Shown here piece after piece: positions 19,813 through 30,133 of a stretch of DNA of 64,000 bases; positions within the stretch are counted from its first letter, which is position 1, and every line of letters starts with the position of its first letter. The stretch covers positions 122,032 to 186,031 of the forward strand of contig CAVPQB010000002.1 of NCBI GenBank assembly GCA_963707505.1, in the 5' to 3' direction. The stretch comes from an uncultured Gemmatimonadales bacterium. GTDB lineage: Bacteria > Gemmatimonadota > Gemmatimonadetes > Gemmatimonadales > Gemmatimonadaceae. Below the pieces are notes generated by a model, which saw only the letters and a list, made by a program, of their open reading frames with translations, did no database searches and had not been told where the DNA came from. The position numbers and the translations under genes are program-made.

Positions 19813-20803
19813 ATGACCGTAGCCAGAGATTCAACACCCACGACCCGTGATTCGATCCGCCCTACCCCATCCACGCCGGTTGGCAGCTCCGGCCGCGGCA
19901 TGGCCTACCTGGCGCTCGCGGCAGCTGGCTGCTCGTGGGGGACGGGTTTCTACTTCGCCAAGGTCGCGCTCACGGAGATGGGCGTCGGCCACATGCTGGT
20001 GTACCGCTTCGCGTTCGGGTGCCTGGGCCTGCTGCCTGTCGCATTCCGCATTCGCGCCCTGCCGCGAGCCTCCGACGTCCTGCTCTTTTTCGTAGCGGCC
20101 GCACTTTACATACCGATCCAGTTTCTGGTGCAGTTCGAAGGACTCGCACGCACGACTGCCTCGCACGCATCGTTGATGGTGGGCACACTCCCACTGACAC
20201 TTGCAATAGCCGCGGTCATCTTCACCAAAGAGCGCCTGGATCGCGTCGGATGGTCGATGATAGTCGTCTCGACGATCGGCGCGATACTCATCGTGCTGAC
20301 GGCACATGAGGCGAACGGCGCCGCCGGTGGGCCGAGCCTGATCGGTGATCTGCTCGTGCTCGGCTCGCTGTTCGCGGGCGTCGCCTGGGTGCTCGTGACG
20401 CAACGCGTGATGCACGCGGGGCACGGCTACTCCGCGGTTGCGATGACTGTTTACGTGGTTTTTCTGGGCAGCGCGATGCTATTCCTGTGGGTGTTCGCTC
20501 GCCGATGGCCCGCCTCCCGTGCATCTCTCCACGCACGTATGGCTGGCGCTGGCGGCCCAGGGATTCCTCGCGACGACCGCGGCAACACTGCTCTGGAACT
20601 GGGGCCTCAGGAGAGTACCGGCAGCCCGCGCCGGCATCTTCGTCAATTTCGAGCCGGTAGTGGGGTCGATACTCGGCGTCACACTGCTAGGCGAGTCGCT
20701 GGGACCGGTTGCGATCTTCGGGGGCCTTCTGATCGTCGGTGCGGCCACCATATTCTCACTGAGAAAACCGGCCACACACGAGGCTCAGAGCATGGTCGCG
20801 TAA
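19813..20803 (+). CDS. EamA/DMT family transporter (one frameshift near 20505)
   Basis: WGTGFYFAK, YRFAFG, ASHASLMVG; continues in another frame as LWNWGL...AGIFVNFEPVVGSILG. Confidence 0.85.
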
Positions 20804-20878
20804 GGCGACGCCATCCTCGGCAGCGGGTGCGGCTCCAACGACGTATTCATTGCGTCCTTTCCAGCCACCGCAACGATC

Positions 20879-22585
20879 ATGTACAAGCTCGCATCATTCA
20901 GTCTGACACGACAATTCAGTGCAGTCGCACTGTTGTCCGCATGCGTTCTGGCTCCAACAGCGCAGTTGACCGCGCAACGCGTTGAAGTCTCCTTCCCCTC
21001 GAGCGTGCACGCGACACCGATCACCGGACGCCTGATCCTCATCGTCGCCCAGGACTCCGCTCGCGAGCCGCGCTTTCGTGCGGGTGGATACGGTGGAACG
21101 CAGCCATTCTTCGGACTGGACGTTTCCGCTCTCGCTCCCGGCGCAACCGCAACGATCGACGCATCAACGGCCGGATACCCGTTCACGCTCGCGCAGCTTC
21201 CCGCCGGCGATTATTACGTGCAGGCGGTGATGAACGTGTACACGCAGTTCCATCGCGCCGACGGGCACGTCATCTGGGGACACATGGACCAGTGGGAGGG
21301 ACAACACTGGAACACATCGCCCGGAAATCTCGTGAGCAATGTGCAACGCGTGCATGTCGGCGCGGGCAACCCACTGAACGTCAAACTGTCGCTCTCGCGC
21401 GTGCTCCCGCCTGTCACCATGCCCGCAGACACCAGGTGGGTCAAGCACGTGAAGATCCAGAGCAAGCTGCTCTCCACGTTCTGGGGTCAGCCGATATTCA
21501 TCGGCGCGACGATTCTTCTTCCGAAAGATTACGACAGTCATCCCACCGCGCACTATCCCGCGATCTACCAGCAGGACCACTTCTCGCTCGCGCCGGCATT
21601 CGGATTCACGACCGACAGCGGCGCGAGTTACACGGCAGAGCGCACCATGCTCAAGGCACGCACGGATGGTCGCGAGCCTGGATTCGATTTCTACAAGTCG
21701 TGGAACTCGAGCAACTTTCCGCGCATGATCGGCGTGAAGTTCCAGCATCCGACGATCTACTACGATGATTCGTACGCCGTGAATTCACCGAACAACGGCC
21801 CATACGGCGATGCCCTGCTCACCGAGCTGATCCCGTACATCGAGTCGCACTTCCGCGCGATTCCAAAGCCATATGCGCGCGTACTCACGGGCGGCTCGAC
21901 GGGCGGATGGGAGTCGATCGCACTTCAGGTTCTGCATCCTGATTTCTTCAACGGAACGTGGACGCTGTATCCCGATCCGGTAGACTTCAGCCGTCTGCAG
22001 CTCGTGGATGCATATGCCGACACGAGCGCATTCGTCGAGAACGACAATCCGATCGTGGTGACGCCACGCTACATGAGTCGCTCGTCCGAAGGACAGCCCC
22101 AAACGACGCAGCGCGACCTGAGCAAGATCGAATCCGTGCTCGGAAGCCACGAGCGCTCTGGCCAGCAGTTCAATGCATGGGACGCTGCATGGGGCCCCGT
22201 CGGCGCCGACGGCTACCCGCGCCCGTTATGGAACAAGACCACCGGCACGATCGATCGCTCGGTCGCAACGTACTGGCGCGACCATTTCGACCTGCGCTAC
22301 ATACTCTCGAAGAACTGGGCGACCATCGGCCCCAAACTGCAGGGCAAGCTTCACGTGTACGTCGGCGACATGGACAATTATTATCTGAACCTCGCCGTCT
22401 ATCGCCTCAACGATTTTCTCGCATCGACGTCATCACCGAAGTCCGACGCGGTATTCCAGTACGGCCGCCCGATGAAGGGGCACGGCTGGCAGCCGATGAG
22501 CGACGCCGAGATGGTCCGCATGATGTCGAAGCGCATCACGGAGTCGGCACCGAAGGGAGCGGACGTGACGTCGTGGAAATACTGA
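20879..22585 (+). CDS. secreted alpha/beta hydrolase-fold putative esterase
   Basis: Signal peptide, GATILLPKDY, NNGPYGDALLTELIP, nucleophile elbow GGSTGGW, VGDMDNYYL. Confidence 0.85.
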   Translation: MYKLASFSLTRQFSAVALLSACVLAPTAQLTAQRVEVSFPSSVHATPITGRLILIVAQDSAREPRFRAGGYGGTQPFFGLDVSALAPGATATIDASTAGYPFTLAQLPAGDYYVQAVMNVYTQFHRADGHVIWGHMDQWEGQHWNTSPGNLVSNVQRVHVGAGNPLNVKLSLSRVLPPVTMPADTRWVKHVKIQSKLLSTFWGQPIFIGATILLPKDYDSHPTAHYPAIYQQDHFSLAPAFGFTTDSGASYTAERTMLKARTDGREPGFDFYKSWNSSNFPRMIGVKFQHPTIYYDDSYAVNSPNNGPYGDALLTELIPYIESHFRAIPKPYARVLTGGSTGGWESIALQVLHPDFFNGTWTLYPDPVDFSRLQLVDAYADTSAFVENDNPIVVTPRYMSRSSEGQPQTTQRDLSKIESVLGSHERSGQQFNAWDAAWGPVGADGYPRPLWNKTTGTIDRSVATYWRDHFDLRYILSKNWATIGPKLQGKLHVYVGDMDNYYLNLAVYRLNDFLASTSSPKSDAVFQYGRPMKGHGWQPMSDAEMVRMMSKRITESAPKGADVTSWKY

Positions 22586-22606
22586 TCGGGTAAGCGATAG
22601 AAAGGG

Positions 22607-22666
22607 AAAGGGGGGTCAGAGTGGTCTTTCTCGCGAACGCGAGAAAGACCACTCTGACCCCCCTTT
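22607..22666. repeat. perfect 29-bp-arm palindrome (GGGGTCAGA...TCTGACCCC type)
   Basis: AAAGGGGGGTCAGAGTGGTCTTTCTCGCG-AA-CGCGAGAAAGACCACTCTGACCCCCCTTT between convergent genes. Confidence 0.85.
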
Positions 22667-22686
22667 TCCTGCCCCCCTTTCCACTC

Positions 22687-23904
22687 CTACGCAGCCACGT
22701 CTACGTGTTTCATGTTCGGAAGAAAGCCGGTGAGCAGTCCCACCGCTGGCAGATACGAGCAGACCTTGTACACATAGTCGATGCTGGTGTGGTCGGCGAG
22801 CTGGCCCAGGAATGCTGCACCAATTCCGCCAACACCGAATGCGAGACCGAAGAACAGGCCGGAGATCATCCCCACCTTGCCTGGCACCAATTCCTGCGCG
22901 AACACGATGATCGCCGAAAATGCCGAAGCGAGCACGAGACCAATCACCACGCTCAGGATCTCGGTCCAGAACAGATTTGCGTACGGCAGCAGCAACGTGA
23001 ATGGAAGCACGCCAAGTATGGAGCACCAGATCACGAGCTTCCGGCCGTACCGGTCACCGATCGGGCCGCCGATGATCGTACCGGCCGCAACGGCGCCCAG
23101 AAACACGAACAGGTGGATCTGCGAGCTCTGTACCGATACGTGGAACTTGTTGATCAGATAGAAAGCGTAGTAGCTGCTGAGACTCGCGAGATAGAAATAT
23201 TTGGAGAACAGCAGCGCCATCAAAATGAGTAGCGCGAACTGAACTTTCCGACGCGACAGCGTGACGTGATCAGCATCTGCCCTTCGGGCGCGTGCCGGTG
23301 AAACCACCGATCGATTCGCGCCGTACCAGGTGCCAACGTTCCACAGTACAACGATTCCGATGAGCGCCGCGGCGGAGAACCAGGCGATGCTCGACTGTCC
23401 GAACGGAAGCACTATGAACGCGGCAAGCAGTGGGCCGATAGCGGAACCGGCATTTCCGCCAACCTGAAACATCGACTGCGCAAATCCATGGCGTCCGCCG
23501 GATGCCATGCGCGCGACACGTGATGATTCAGGATGAAACACTGATGACCCGACGCCCACCATCGACGCGGCAACCAACAGTGCGGGAAAACTCCCAGCTC
23601 TCGACAACAGCAGCAGGCCGAGCAATGTGAAGCTCATTCCGACAACGAGCGAGTAGGGCTGGGGCCGATGATCGGTGTACAGGCCAACCAGTGGCTGCAG
23701 CATCGACGCTGTCATCTGATATGCCAGCGTGATGAGTCCGATCTGCGCGAAGTTGAGCCTGTAGCTCGTCTTCAGCATTGGGTAGATCGCGGGCAGGAGC
23801 GACTGCATCATGTCATTCAGCAGATGACAGAACGCAATCGCTCCTAGGATCTTGATGGTCGCGCCAGTGGTGGCGTGGAATTCCTTGCTGCTAGTGGTTG
23901 CCAA
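22687..23904 (-). CDS. fsr: MFS transporter, Fsr (fosmidomycin resistance) family
   Basis: HLLNDMMQSLLPAIYP, GSSVFHPESSRVARMASGGRHG, GGPIGDRYGRK, AQELVPGKVG. Confidence 0.88.
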   Translation of the reverse strand: MATTSSKEFHATTGATIKILGAIAFCHLLNDMMQSLLPAIYPMLKTSYRLNFAQIGLITLAYQMTASMLQPLVGLYTDHRPQPYSLVVGMSFTLLGLLLLSRAGSFPALLVAASMVGVGSSVFHPESSRVARMASGGRHGFAQSMFQVGGNAGSAIGPLLAAFIVLPFGQSSIAWFSAAALIGIVVLWNVGTWYGANRSVVSPARARRADADHVTLSRRKVQFALLILMALLFSKYFYLASLSSYYAFYLINKFHVSVQSSQIHLFVFLGAVAAGTIIGGPIGDRYGRKLVIWCSILGVLPFTLLLPYANLFWTEILSVVIGLVLASAFSAIIVFAQELVPGKVGMISGLFFGLAFGVGGIGAAFLGQLADHTSIDYVYKVCSYLPAVGLLTGFLPNMKHVDVAA

Positions 23905-23983
23905 TCAGCTCTCGCGTGCTGTCAAGCAGTTCACCAACAAATATCGCGAGATTCATGACCACAAACGCAGTCCTGCTTCGATT

Positions 23984-24439
23984 CTACCGCCTGCCCTGCA
24001 ACACAGCGATCCCCGAGCTTATCGCGACAACCAGCAGCATGATCGAAACCAGAATCGTCCCTATCCCAATCGATACATGCGATGTCAGAGCTGCGTTTCG
24101 TCCAGCGTCGTGACCAACAGTCAGTATCACGAGCGGGACCATCACTATGCCTACCAGGGCAAGCACCGCGTCCGCGATCAGCGCCCGGCTCTCACGCAGA
24201 GCCAGCGAGGCTGCAACGCCGACAATTGGAACCAGAAACAACACCAGCGCGAAGATGTTCAACCCGAAATCCGTCTTCGTCAGGAAGAGCAGTGTTTCCG
24301 GCTCTCCCGAGCCGGCGAGTGACAGACGCACGAACGGAAAGAGAAGCATGAACGCGAGCGTGACGGCGAATATCGTACCGGCCACTGGTGGCACCATCGC
24401 ATGAAAGTGCCTTGGCCGGCCGGAACCTGCGTATTCCAC
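23984..24439 (-). CDS. hypothetical membrane protein (about 4 TM)
   Basis: AGGAGG RBS before GTG; four hydrophobic segments. Confidence 0.7.
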   Translation of the reverse strand: MEYAGSGRPRHFHAMVPPVAGTIFAVTLAFMLLFPFVRLSLAGSGEPETLLFLTKTDFGLNIFALVLFLVPIVGVAASLALRESRALIADAVLALVGIVMVPLVILTVGHDAGRNAALTSHVSIGIGTILVSIMLLVVAISSGIAVLQGRR

Positions 24440-24518
24440 GACTACCTCCTTGACTGTGGACCTATCGAATCATCGTGCATAGGCCGTGCTCGCGCTAGCG
24501 GAGAAATACACAACACGC

Positions 24519-24548
24519 AAAAAAAGGGCGGCCATACCAGGCCGCCCT
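24519..24548 (-). terminator. intrinsic terminator
   Basis: AGGGCGGCC-N6-GGCCGCCCT with A7 on the left, giving a U-tract on the minus strand. Confidence 0.8.
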
Positions 24549-24574
24549 CGAATCGTTACGCCGTCGACAGGACG

Positions 24575-25204
24575 TTACCAGCCAGTCGCTGACCAGAAGC
24601 TCGCGAAGAGATCGGTGCTTTCCGACCATGGCATCTCCCCCAGGGCACCAGCGCTAGCCAGCTCGCCGAAGCTCCCCAAATGGATATGCGGGTCTGGTAT
24701 CGCCGCGGCCAGAAATCGTGCTGTTGCCGGATCGGCGACGGGTGCCGGACTTATGGTGATCGAAACGCACTGGGTTCCATCGGCTGCGGTCACCACTGGA
24801 AGCCGAATCGTGGTGCGCTCACCCGGAGCGAGCGCTGGTATCGCCGTCTGTCTTGCGAGACTGAGATGGTTGCGCGGTGCGACCGAAACCATCGAAACAG
24901 GCGCCTCGATCGTTCCACGGTTCTCGATCACGAGAGTGACCACATCCGAAGCAGCGTGCGCGGCTTCCGAGGGCATGACCGCCGACACTATCGCGAGTGA
25001 GTAATCACCGCAGTCGGAGATGCAGTTTCGCGCCGAGGAGCTGGTCGAGCGCGTCTGCGTGGATTGATGAGGCGGTGCCGGCTGCTCGGCGACGCGAACC
25101 GCAGAAGTGGAACGCCGAACGTTCCGCTGAGCAAGGAGCTGCGAAGGTGCTTGGAGCGAGGCGGCGGCCAATGCCACGCCCAACGACAATCCAAAAGTGC
25201 GCAT
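24575..25204 (-). CDS. exported protein with Ig-like (CARDB-like) segment
   Basis: Signal peptide MRTFGLSLGVALAAA; VTLVIENRG...IPALAPGERTTI. Confidence 0.6.
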   Translation of the reverse strand: MRTFGLSLGVALAAASLQAPSQLLAQRNVRRSTSAVRVAEQPAPPHQSTQTRSTSSSARNCISDCGDYSLAIVSAVMPSEAAHAASDVVTLVIENRGTIEAPVSMVSVAPRNHLSLARQTAIPALAPGERTTIRLPVVTAADGTQCVSITISPAPVADPATARFLAAAIPDPHIHLGSFGELASAGALGEMPWSESTDLFASFWSATGW

Positions 25205-25338
25205 ACAATACCGGGGTTGAAGTCTTCCCAGGTAAGTCTCGGCTGAATCTGGGCTTACTTGACCAGCGTCGCCACATGGGAATACTTCGTCGTCCTGCAA
25301 GGAGCTTCTGGCACATTACACGCAGCAATTCATCGGCC

Positions 25339-25977
25339 ATGACAAAATCCACAGCAGCGATCTGCATGCTCGCGATCGCACTCGGTGCGTGCAGTCGCAG
25401 CGCCGTACAAAAGGAAGATACGTCGTCCGGAGCACCGCCAACTGGGTCCGGAAGCGCACAGACCATCACGGCAACAACTCAACAACCACCAGGGAACAAG
25501 GCAATGGCGTTCAAACTCATGTCGTCCGCGTTCAGCGAAGGCGGCAACATCCCCACCAAGTACACCTGCTCGGGCGAGGACACGTCACCACCGCTGGCGT
25601 GGTCCGACGCGCCGGAGGGAACGCGCAGCTTCGCGCTCATCGTGGATGATCCCGACGCACCAGATCCAGCCGCGCCGAAGATGACTTACGTCCACTGGGT
25701 GGCGTACAACATCCCGGCCGCAACCACCAAGCTCGCGGAAGGCGCGGGCAAGGGTGCAATGCCCGCAGGAACGGGCGATGGCTACAACGACTGGAAGAAA
25801 CCGGAATACGGCGGCCCATGCCCTCCAATCGGGCGGCACCGCTACTTCTTCAAGCTGAGCGCGCTCGACACGACACTCGAACTCTCACGACCGACCAAGG
25901 CCGACCTGGAGGCCGCGATGAAGGGCCACGTGCTGGGCACCGCGCAACTGATGGGTACGTACCAGAAGACCAAGTAG
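25339..25977 (+). CDS. YbhB/YbcL (PEBP/Raf kinase inhibitor-like) protein
   Basis: YTCSGEDTSPPLAW, ALIVDDPDAP, VHWV, YGGPCPPIGRHRYFF; possible lipobox LGAC. Confidence 0.92.
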   Translation: MTKSTAAICMLAIALGACSRSAVQKEDTSSGAPPTGSGSAQTITATTQQPPGNKAMAFKLMSSAFSEGGNIPTKYTCSGEDTSPPLAWSDAPEGTRSFALIVDDPDAPDPAAPKMTYVHWVAYNIPAATTKLAEGAGKGAMPAGTGDGYNDWKKPEYGGPCPPIGRHRYFFKLSALDTTLELSRPTKADLEAAMKGHVLGTAQLMGTYQKTK

Positions 25978-26003
25978 AAGCAACCTCGCGACGATGTACC
26001 AGC

Positions 26004-26051
26004 TCGTGTAACCGCTCGTGTAACCGATCGTGTAACCGCTCGCGTAACACC
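26004..26051. repeat. 4 x 12-bp tandem repeat TCGTGTAACCGC
   Basis: Copies at 26004, 26016, 26028 and 26040 (the last is degenerate); intergenic. Confidence 0.8.
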
Positions 26052-26097
26052 CATGGATCGTGGCGGTCCGGCGCTCTGCGCGCGACATTATACCGCC

Positions 26098-27042
26098 ATG
26101 CACACGATCCCATTCGCAACGAGCGCGGCGCGACGTATTCTCCGCGCCGCGCTCGTGCTCGCTCCGCTAGCGGGCGCTCCGCTCGCAACAGCTCACGCAC
26201 AGCACGCAGACACGACAGCGCTGCGACACGTGCTGGACTCCATCGCCGATGCGCACCATGGCACGGTGGGCTACAGCGTGATCGATCTCGATGACGGTGA
26301 TCGCATCTCGCGACGCGGAGATGAAACATTTCCTACCGCATCGCTCATCAAGGTCGGAATACTCGTCACGCTCTACGATCAGGTCGCGAAGGGCAAGATC
26401 TCGCTTGATGACCTCGTCACGGTTCTCAAGATCGATCAGGTGCCAGGCTCGGGAATCGTGCAGTTCCTCCACAACGGAACCGAGCTGTCGATCCACGACG
26501 CAGCATGGCTCATGATCACGCTGAGCGACAATACTGCGACCAATCTCATCCTCGATCGCATCGCCATACGCCCCATGTGGGACAAGATGGAATCACTCGG
26601 CCTGCATCACACCAAGGTCCACGCGAAGGTGTTCAAGCGAAACACCAGCGTCGCGATGGACAGCTCCGTCAAGTACGGACTTGGCGTTACGACGCCTGAT
26701 GAGATGGCGCACCTCTTCGAGCTGATCGCTGAGGGCAAGGCGGTGAATCCGCAGGCGGACTCGGCGATGCTCTACATCCTCGAGCACAACGAGGATCAGA
26801 CTCTGCTGCAGCGCTATCTCGACGGCGTGCGCGCCGCCCACAAGACCGGCGCGGACGATGCCGTGCGCACCGAATGCTCGCTGTTCTATCTCAGGCATCG
26901 CGTGATCGCATGCGTGTTGACGAAGGACAACAAGGACACTCGCTGGGTTCTGGACAGCGAGCCGCAATTGACGATGGGCCGCATGGGCTACGCGATATTC
27001 CAGGCATGGGGACCAGCTCCGCGCCCGCCTGCGGTAAAATGA
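26098..27042 (+). CDS. serine hydrolase, class A beta-lactamase-like
   Basis: FPTASLIK (SxxK), SDNTATN, HKTG; signal peptide. Confidence 0.9.
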   Translation: MHTIPFATSAARRILRAALVLAPLAGAPLATAHAQHADTTALRHVLDSIADAHHGTVGYSVIDLDDGDRISRRGDETFPTASLIKVGILVTLYDQVAKGKISLDDLVTVLKIDQVPGSGIVQFLHNGTELSIHDAAWLMITLSDNTATNLILDRIAIRPMWDKMESLGLHHTKVHAKVFKRNTSVAMDSSVKYGLGVTTPDEMAHLFELIAEGKAVNPQADSAMLYILEHNEDQTLLQRYLDGVRAAHKTGADDAVRTECSLFYLRHRVIACVLTKDNKDTRWVLDSEPQLTMGRMGYAIFQAWGPAPRPPAVK

Positions 27043-27104
27043 TTCCGCCGGCGGGTTTCTGCGATCACATATAGGACGTACTCGCGTCTAGATTTACCCG
27101 CACG

Positions 27105-27998
27105 ATGTCATCAGATCAGCCACAATCCCAGCCACAATCCACGCCGTCCGTCTGCCCGCGCTGCTCAGCGCCGGGCACGGGCCGCTTCTGCACCGAATGC
27201 GGCGCACCGCTCAACAGCGCTCCGTGCGCCTCGTGCGGGCAGCCACTAACTCCCGGCTCGAAGTTCTGCCACCACTGCGGCGCCATCGCCGGCGCGGCCG
27301 CCGCTCCAGCTGCGACCGGCGGCGGAGCGACCCTGGCCAATACGCTTCCCTGGGCAGTTGCCGCTATCGCCTTTCTCACGCTCTTCGCGATGCTCGCGAG
27401 CCGGGGATTCAACGCCAGGCGCGGATCGTCCGTGGACGCGCCGATGAACGCGCTACCCAACCCCACGGTCGACGCCGGTCCGGCCGGCGCGATGGGCGGT
27501 GGCGATCCATCCGCTGCCCCGTTCGCGGGCGCCGCTGGCGCAGCAGGTGGCGCAGCCGGTGGTGTTCGCGCCCCGGACATCTCCCAGCTTTCCCCAACCG
27601 ACATCGCCAACCGGCTATTTGATCGCGTTATGCGACTAAATGACCAGGGGAAGGCCGATTCGGTCGCCTTCTTCGCCCCGATGGCGGTGCAGGCCTATCA
27701 GATGGTGGAGCAGGAGCAGGGTCATCCGCTCGACGCCGATCAGCGCTTCGACGTCGGACGCATTGGCGAGGTCGCTGGCGCGCTGCAGATTGCGAAGGCA
27801 CAGGCGGACACGATTCTGCAGCAACAGCCGGATCATCTGCTGGGACTGCTGCTCGCGGCGCAGGCTGCCAAGCTGTCGGGAAACACTGCCGCGCTCAATC
27901 AGTACAAGGCCACGTTCGAGCGGGTCAAGGCGCGTGAGCTCGCCAAGAATCTGCCCGAGTACAAGCGACACAAGGCAGACATAGACGCCGGCGTGTAA
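27105..27998 (+). CDS. double zinc-ribbon membrane protein
   Basis: Four CxxC pairs, one TM segment, helical C-terminal domain. Confidence 0.8.
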   Translation: MSSDQPQSQPQSTPSVCPRCSAPGTGRFCTECGAPLNSAPCASCGQPLTPGSKFCHHCGAIAGAAAAPAATGGGATLANTLPWAVAAIAFLTLFAMLASRGFNARRGSSVDAPMNALPNPTVDAGPAGAMGGGDPSAAPFAGAAGAAGGAAGGVRAPDISQLSPTDIANRLFDRVMRLNDQGKADSVAFFAPMAVQAYQMVEQEQGHPLDADQRFDVGRIGEVAGALQIAKAQADTILQQQPDHLLGLLLAAQAAKLSGNTAALNQYKATFERVKARELAKNLPEYKRHKADIDAGV

Positions 27999-28029
27999 GG
28001 CCCGCTCTCAAACGCACACCATTTATTAA

Positions 28030-28861
28030 ATGACGACGATCCACCTCGCTCACTCGCCCGATTCGGATGACGCATTCATGTTCTACGCACTCGCGTCGGG
28101 CAAGATCGAGACTGATGGCATAAAGTACGTACACGAGCTGCAGGACATAGAATCGCTGAACCAACGGGCGCGCCGAGCGGAGTTGGAGGTTACGGCCGTG
28201 TCGATTCATGCCTATGCGTACCTGTCCGATGCCTACGCATTGCTCCCTCACGGCGCCTCCATGGGCGACCGCTACGGGCCCAAGCTCGTCGCTCGGACGC
28301 CCATGACGCGCGCGGAAACCGTTGGCAAGCGTATCGCCATCCCCGGACCGCTCACCTCGGCGTATCTCGCGCTCAGGCTGTACCAGCCTGATTTCATCGC
28401 GGTCCCGACGCATTTTGACAAGATCGAGCAGGCCGTGCTCGGCGGCGACGTCGACGCCGGCTTGCTGATTCACGAAGGGCAGCTAACGTATGCCGATGAC
28501 GGGCTGCATCTTGTCGAAGATATGGGCGAGTGGTGGTTCCAGGAGACCGGCCTTCCGCTTCCACTAGGCGGAAACATCGTGCGCAAGGACCTTGGGCCGG
28601 AGCTGATAGCCAAGGTTTCGCGGCATTTAAAACAGAGCATTGCCTACGGCCTCGATAACCGAAAGGCAGCGCTGGACCACTCGATGACGGTACGCCCGTG
28701 GGCTCGAGCGCGACAAGGCGGACGAGTTTGTCGGCATGTACGTGAACGACTGGACGCTTGACTATGGCCCGCGGGGACGCGAGGCTGTTAAACTGCTCCT
28801 TGACCGCGGCGTGAAAGCGGGTATCATCACGCGCGACGTGCAAGTCGAATTCTCGGACTGA
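28030..28861 (+). CDS. mqnD: 1,4-dihydroxy-6-naphthoate synthase (futalosine pathway), frameshift near 28690
   Basis: AHSPDSDDAFMFYAL, DIESLN, LLIHEGQLTY, LPLPLGG; C-terminus FVGMYVNDWTLDYG in the shifted frame. Confidence 0.88.
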
Positions 28862-29002
28862 TCGCTCACACGCAATCAGCACGCATGGTAGTTGCGACGA
28901 ATAATTGAGATCCTGATCGAAGTGCAATGCTCGCGTGTATAGAAGGCACGCGACGTGCAACGCGCGACAGAGACATCTGAAATCCCCAGACAGGAGAGGG
29001 CA

Positions 29003-30002
29003 ATGCCCAGCAGAGACGAGGTGCCAGAGACGTTCCGCTTCGCGGACGACGATGACGACGACCTCGGCGGATACGGCGGAGGCAGTCGGAGCCGCCGTTC
29101 ACGTTACGATGAAGACGATGATGAGGAAGGCGGCTGGAGCATAAACAGCGACAACAGCGACCAGCTCTGGGATAGCGCAGAAGACATCGACGAGGACGAC
29201 GAGGACGCCGTAGAGGGCGAAGCTGGTGCCGAGGACGAAGAGCCGGATCTGTTTCCCACGAGCGCGGCTCAGAACATGGGGATCGAAGACATCGACGACG
29301 ATGAAACCGGTCCACTCGTGCGTGCTCCAGGGCGCCGCGGTCGTCCGAAAGGCTCGGGTAAGAAGAACACATCTTCTGGCGGTGGCTCGATCTTCGAATC
29401 GCTGGACTCGTCGCTCAACATCCCTCCCAAAAGCCCGGTCGTCGACGACGATATCGAGGAGCTCGAGGATGAGCTGGATGATCTCGATGACGTTGATATC
29501 GACGAGGTAATTATCATCGAGCCGATTCCATCAAAGCTGGCCGGCAAAGGGCGCGCGGCAAAGCGACGCCAGCCAAATCGGCAAGCAAGCCCGCCGCGAA
29601 ACCCGCAGCGAAGCCCGCAGCGAAAACGGCTCCCAAGGCATCGAAAACAGCTCACAAGAGCGCTGCCAAACCGGCAGCTAAAAAGGCGGCGAAGCCTGCT
29701 GCAAAGTCGCATGCAACGTCGCATGCAACGTCGCATCAACGTCCCATGCGAAGGCGGCTGCCAAGCCGGCCGCGAAGAAGACCGTTGCCAAGAAAGCGGC
29801 TGTAAAGAAAACAGTAAGCGCGCATAAAGGCGCCAGTAAGAAGACAGCCAAGAAATCTTCGGCTCATAAGCCGGCGGCGCGCAAATCGGCGCCAACTGCG
29901 AAGAAGTCGGGTAAGACTTCAGCAAAAAAGAGCACGAGTCACAAGACGACCCATAAGGCCGGCCGCTCGTCCAGCCGGTCAACGGGGCGCTCGCGGCGCT
30001 GA
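29003..30002 (+). CDS. bipartite protein: Asp/Glu-rich N-half, histone H1-like Lys/Ala-rich C-half (frameshifted)
   Basis: AGGAG RBS; acidic tracts, RRGRPK, then PAAKKTVAKKAAVKK-type repeats in shifted frames ending at TGA 30000-30002. Confidence 0.7.
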
Positions 30003-30035
30003 TTTCGATCGGGTTGGATTCATCTGTATCGATCG

Positions 30036-30067
30036 ACGAAGAAGGCCCCTTCGGGGGCCTTCTTCGT
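30036..30067 (+). terminator. intrinsic terminator with cUUCGg loop
   Basis: ACGAAGAAGGCCCC-TTCG-GGGGCCTTCTTCGT. Confidence 0.85.
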
Positions 30068-30133
30068 ATCATTCAATCGTACTATTCGACACTTTCAGCC
30101 TCTTCCGCGCGGCCCGGTATGTGCCAGCGGTAG

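Noticed and set aside
26098..27042. Bona fide class A beta-lactamase resistance gene
   Set aside because: It has SxxK, SDN and KTG but no recognisable omega-loop ExxLN motif; called only a serine hydrolase.
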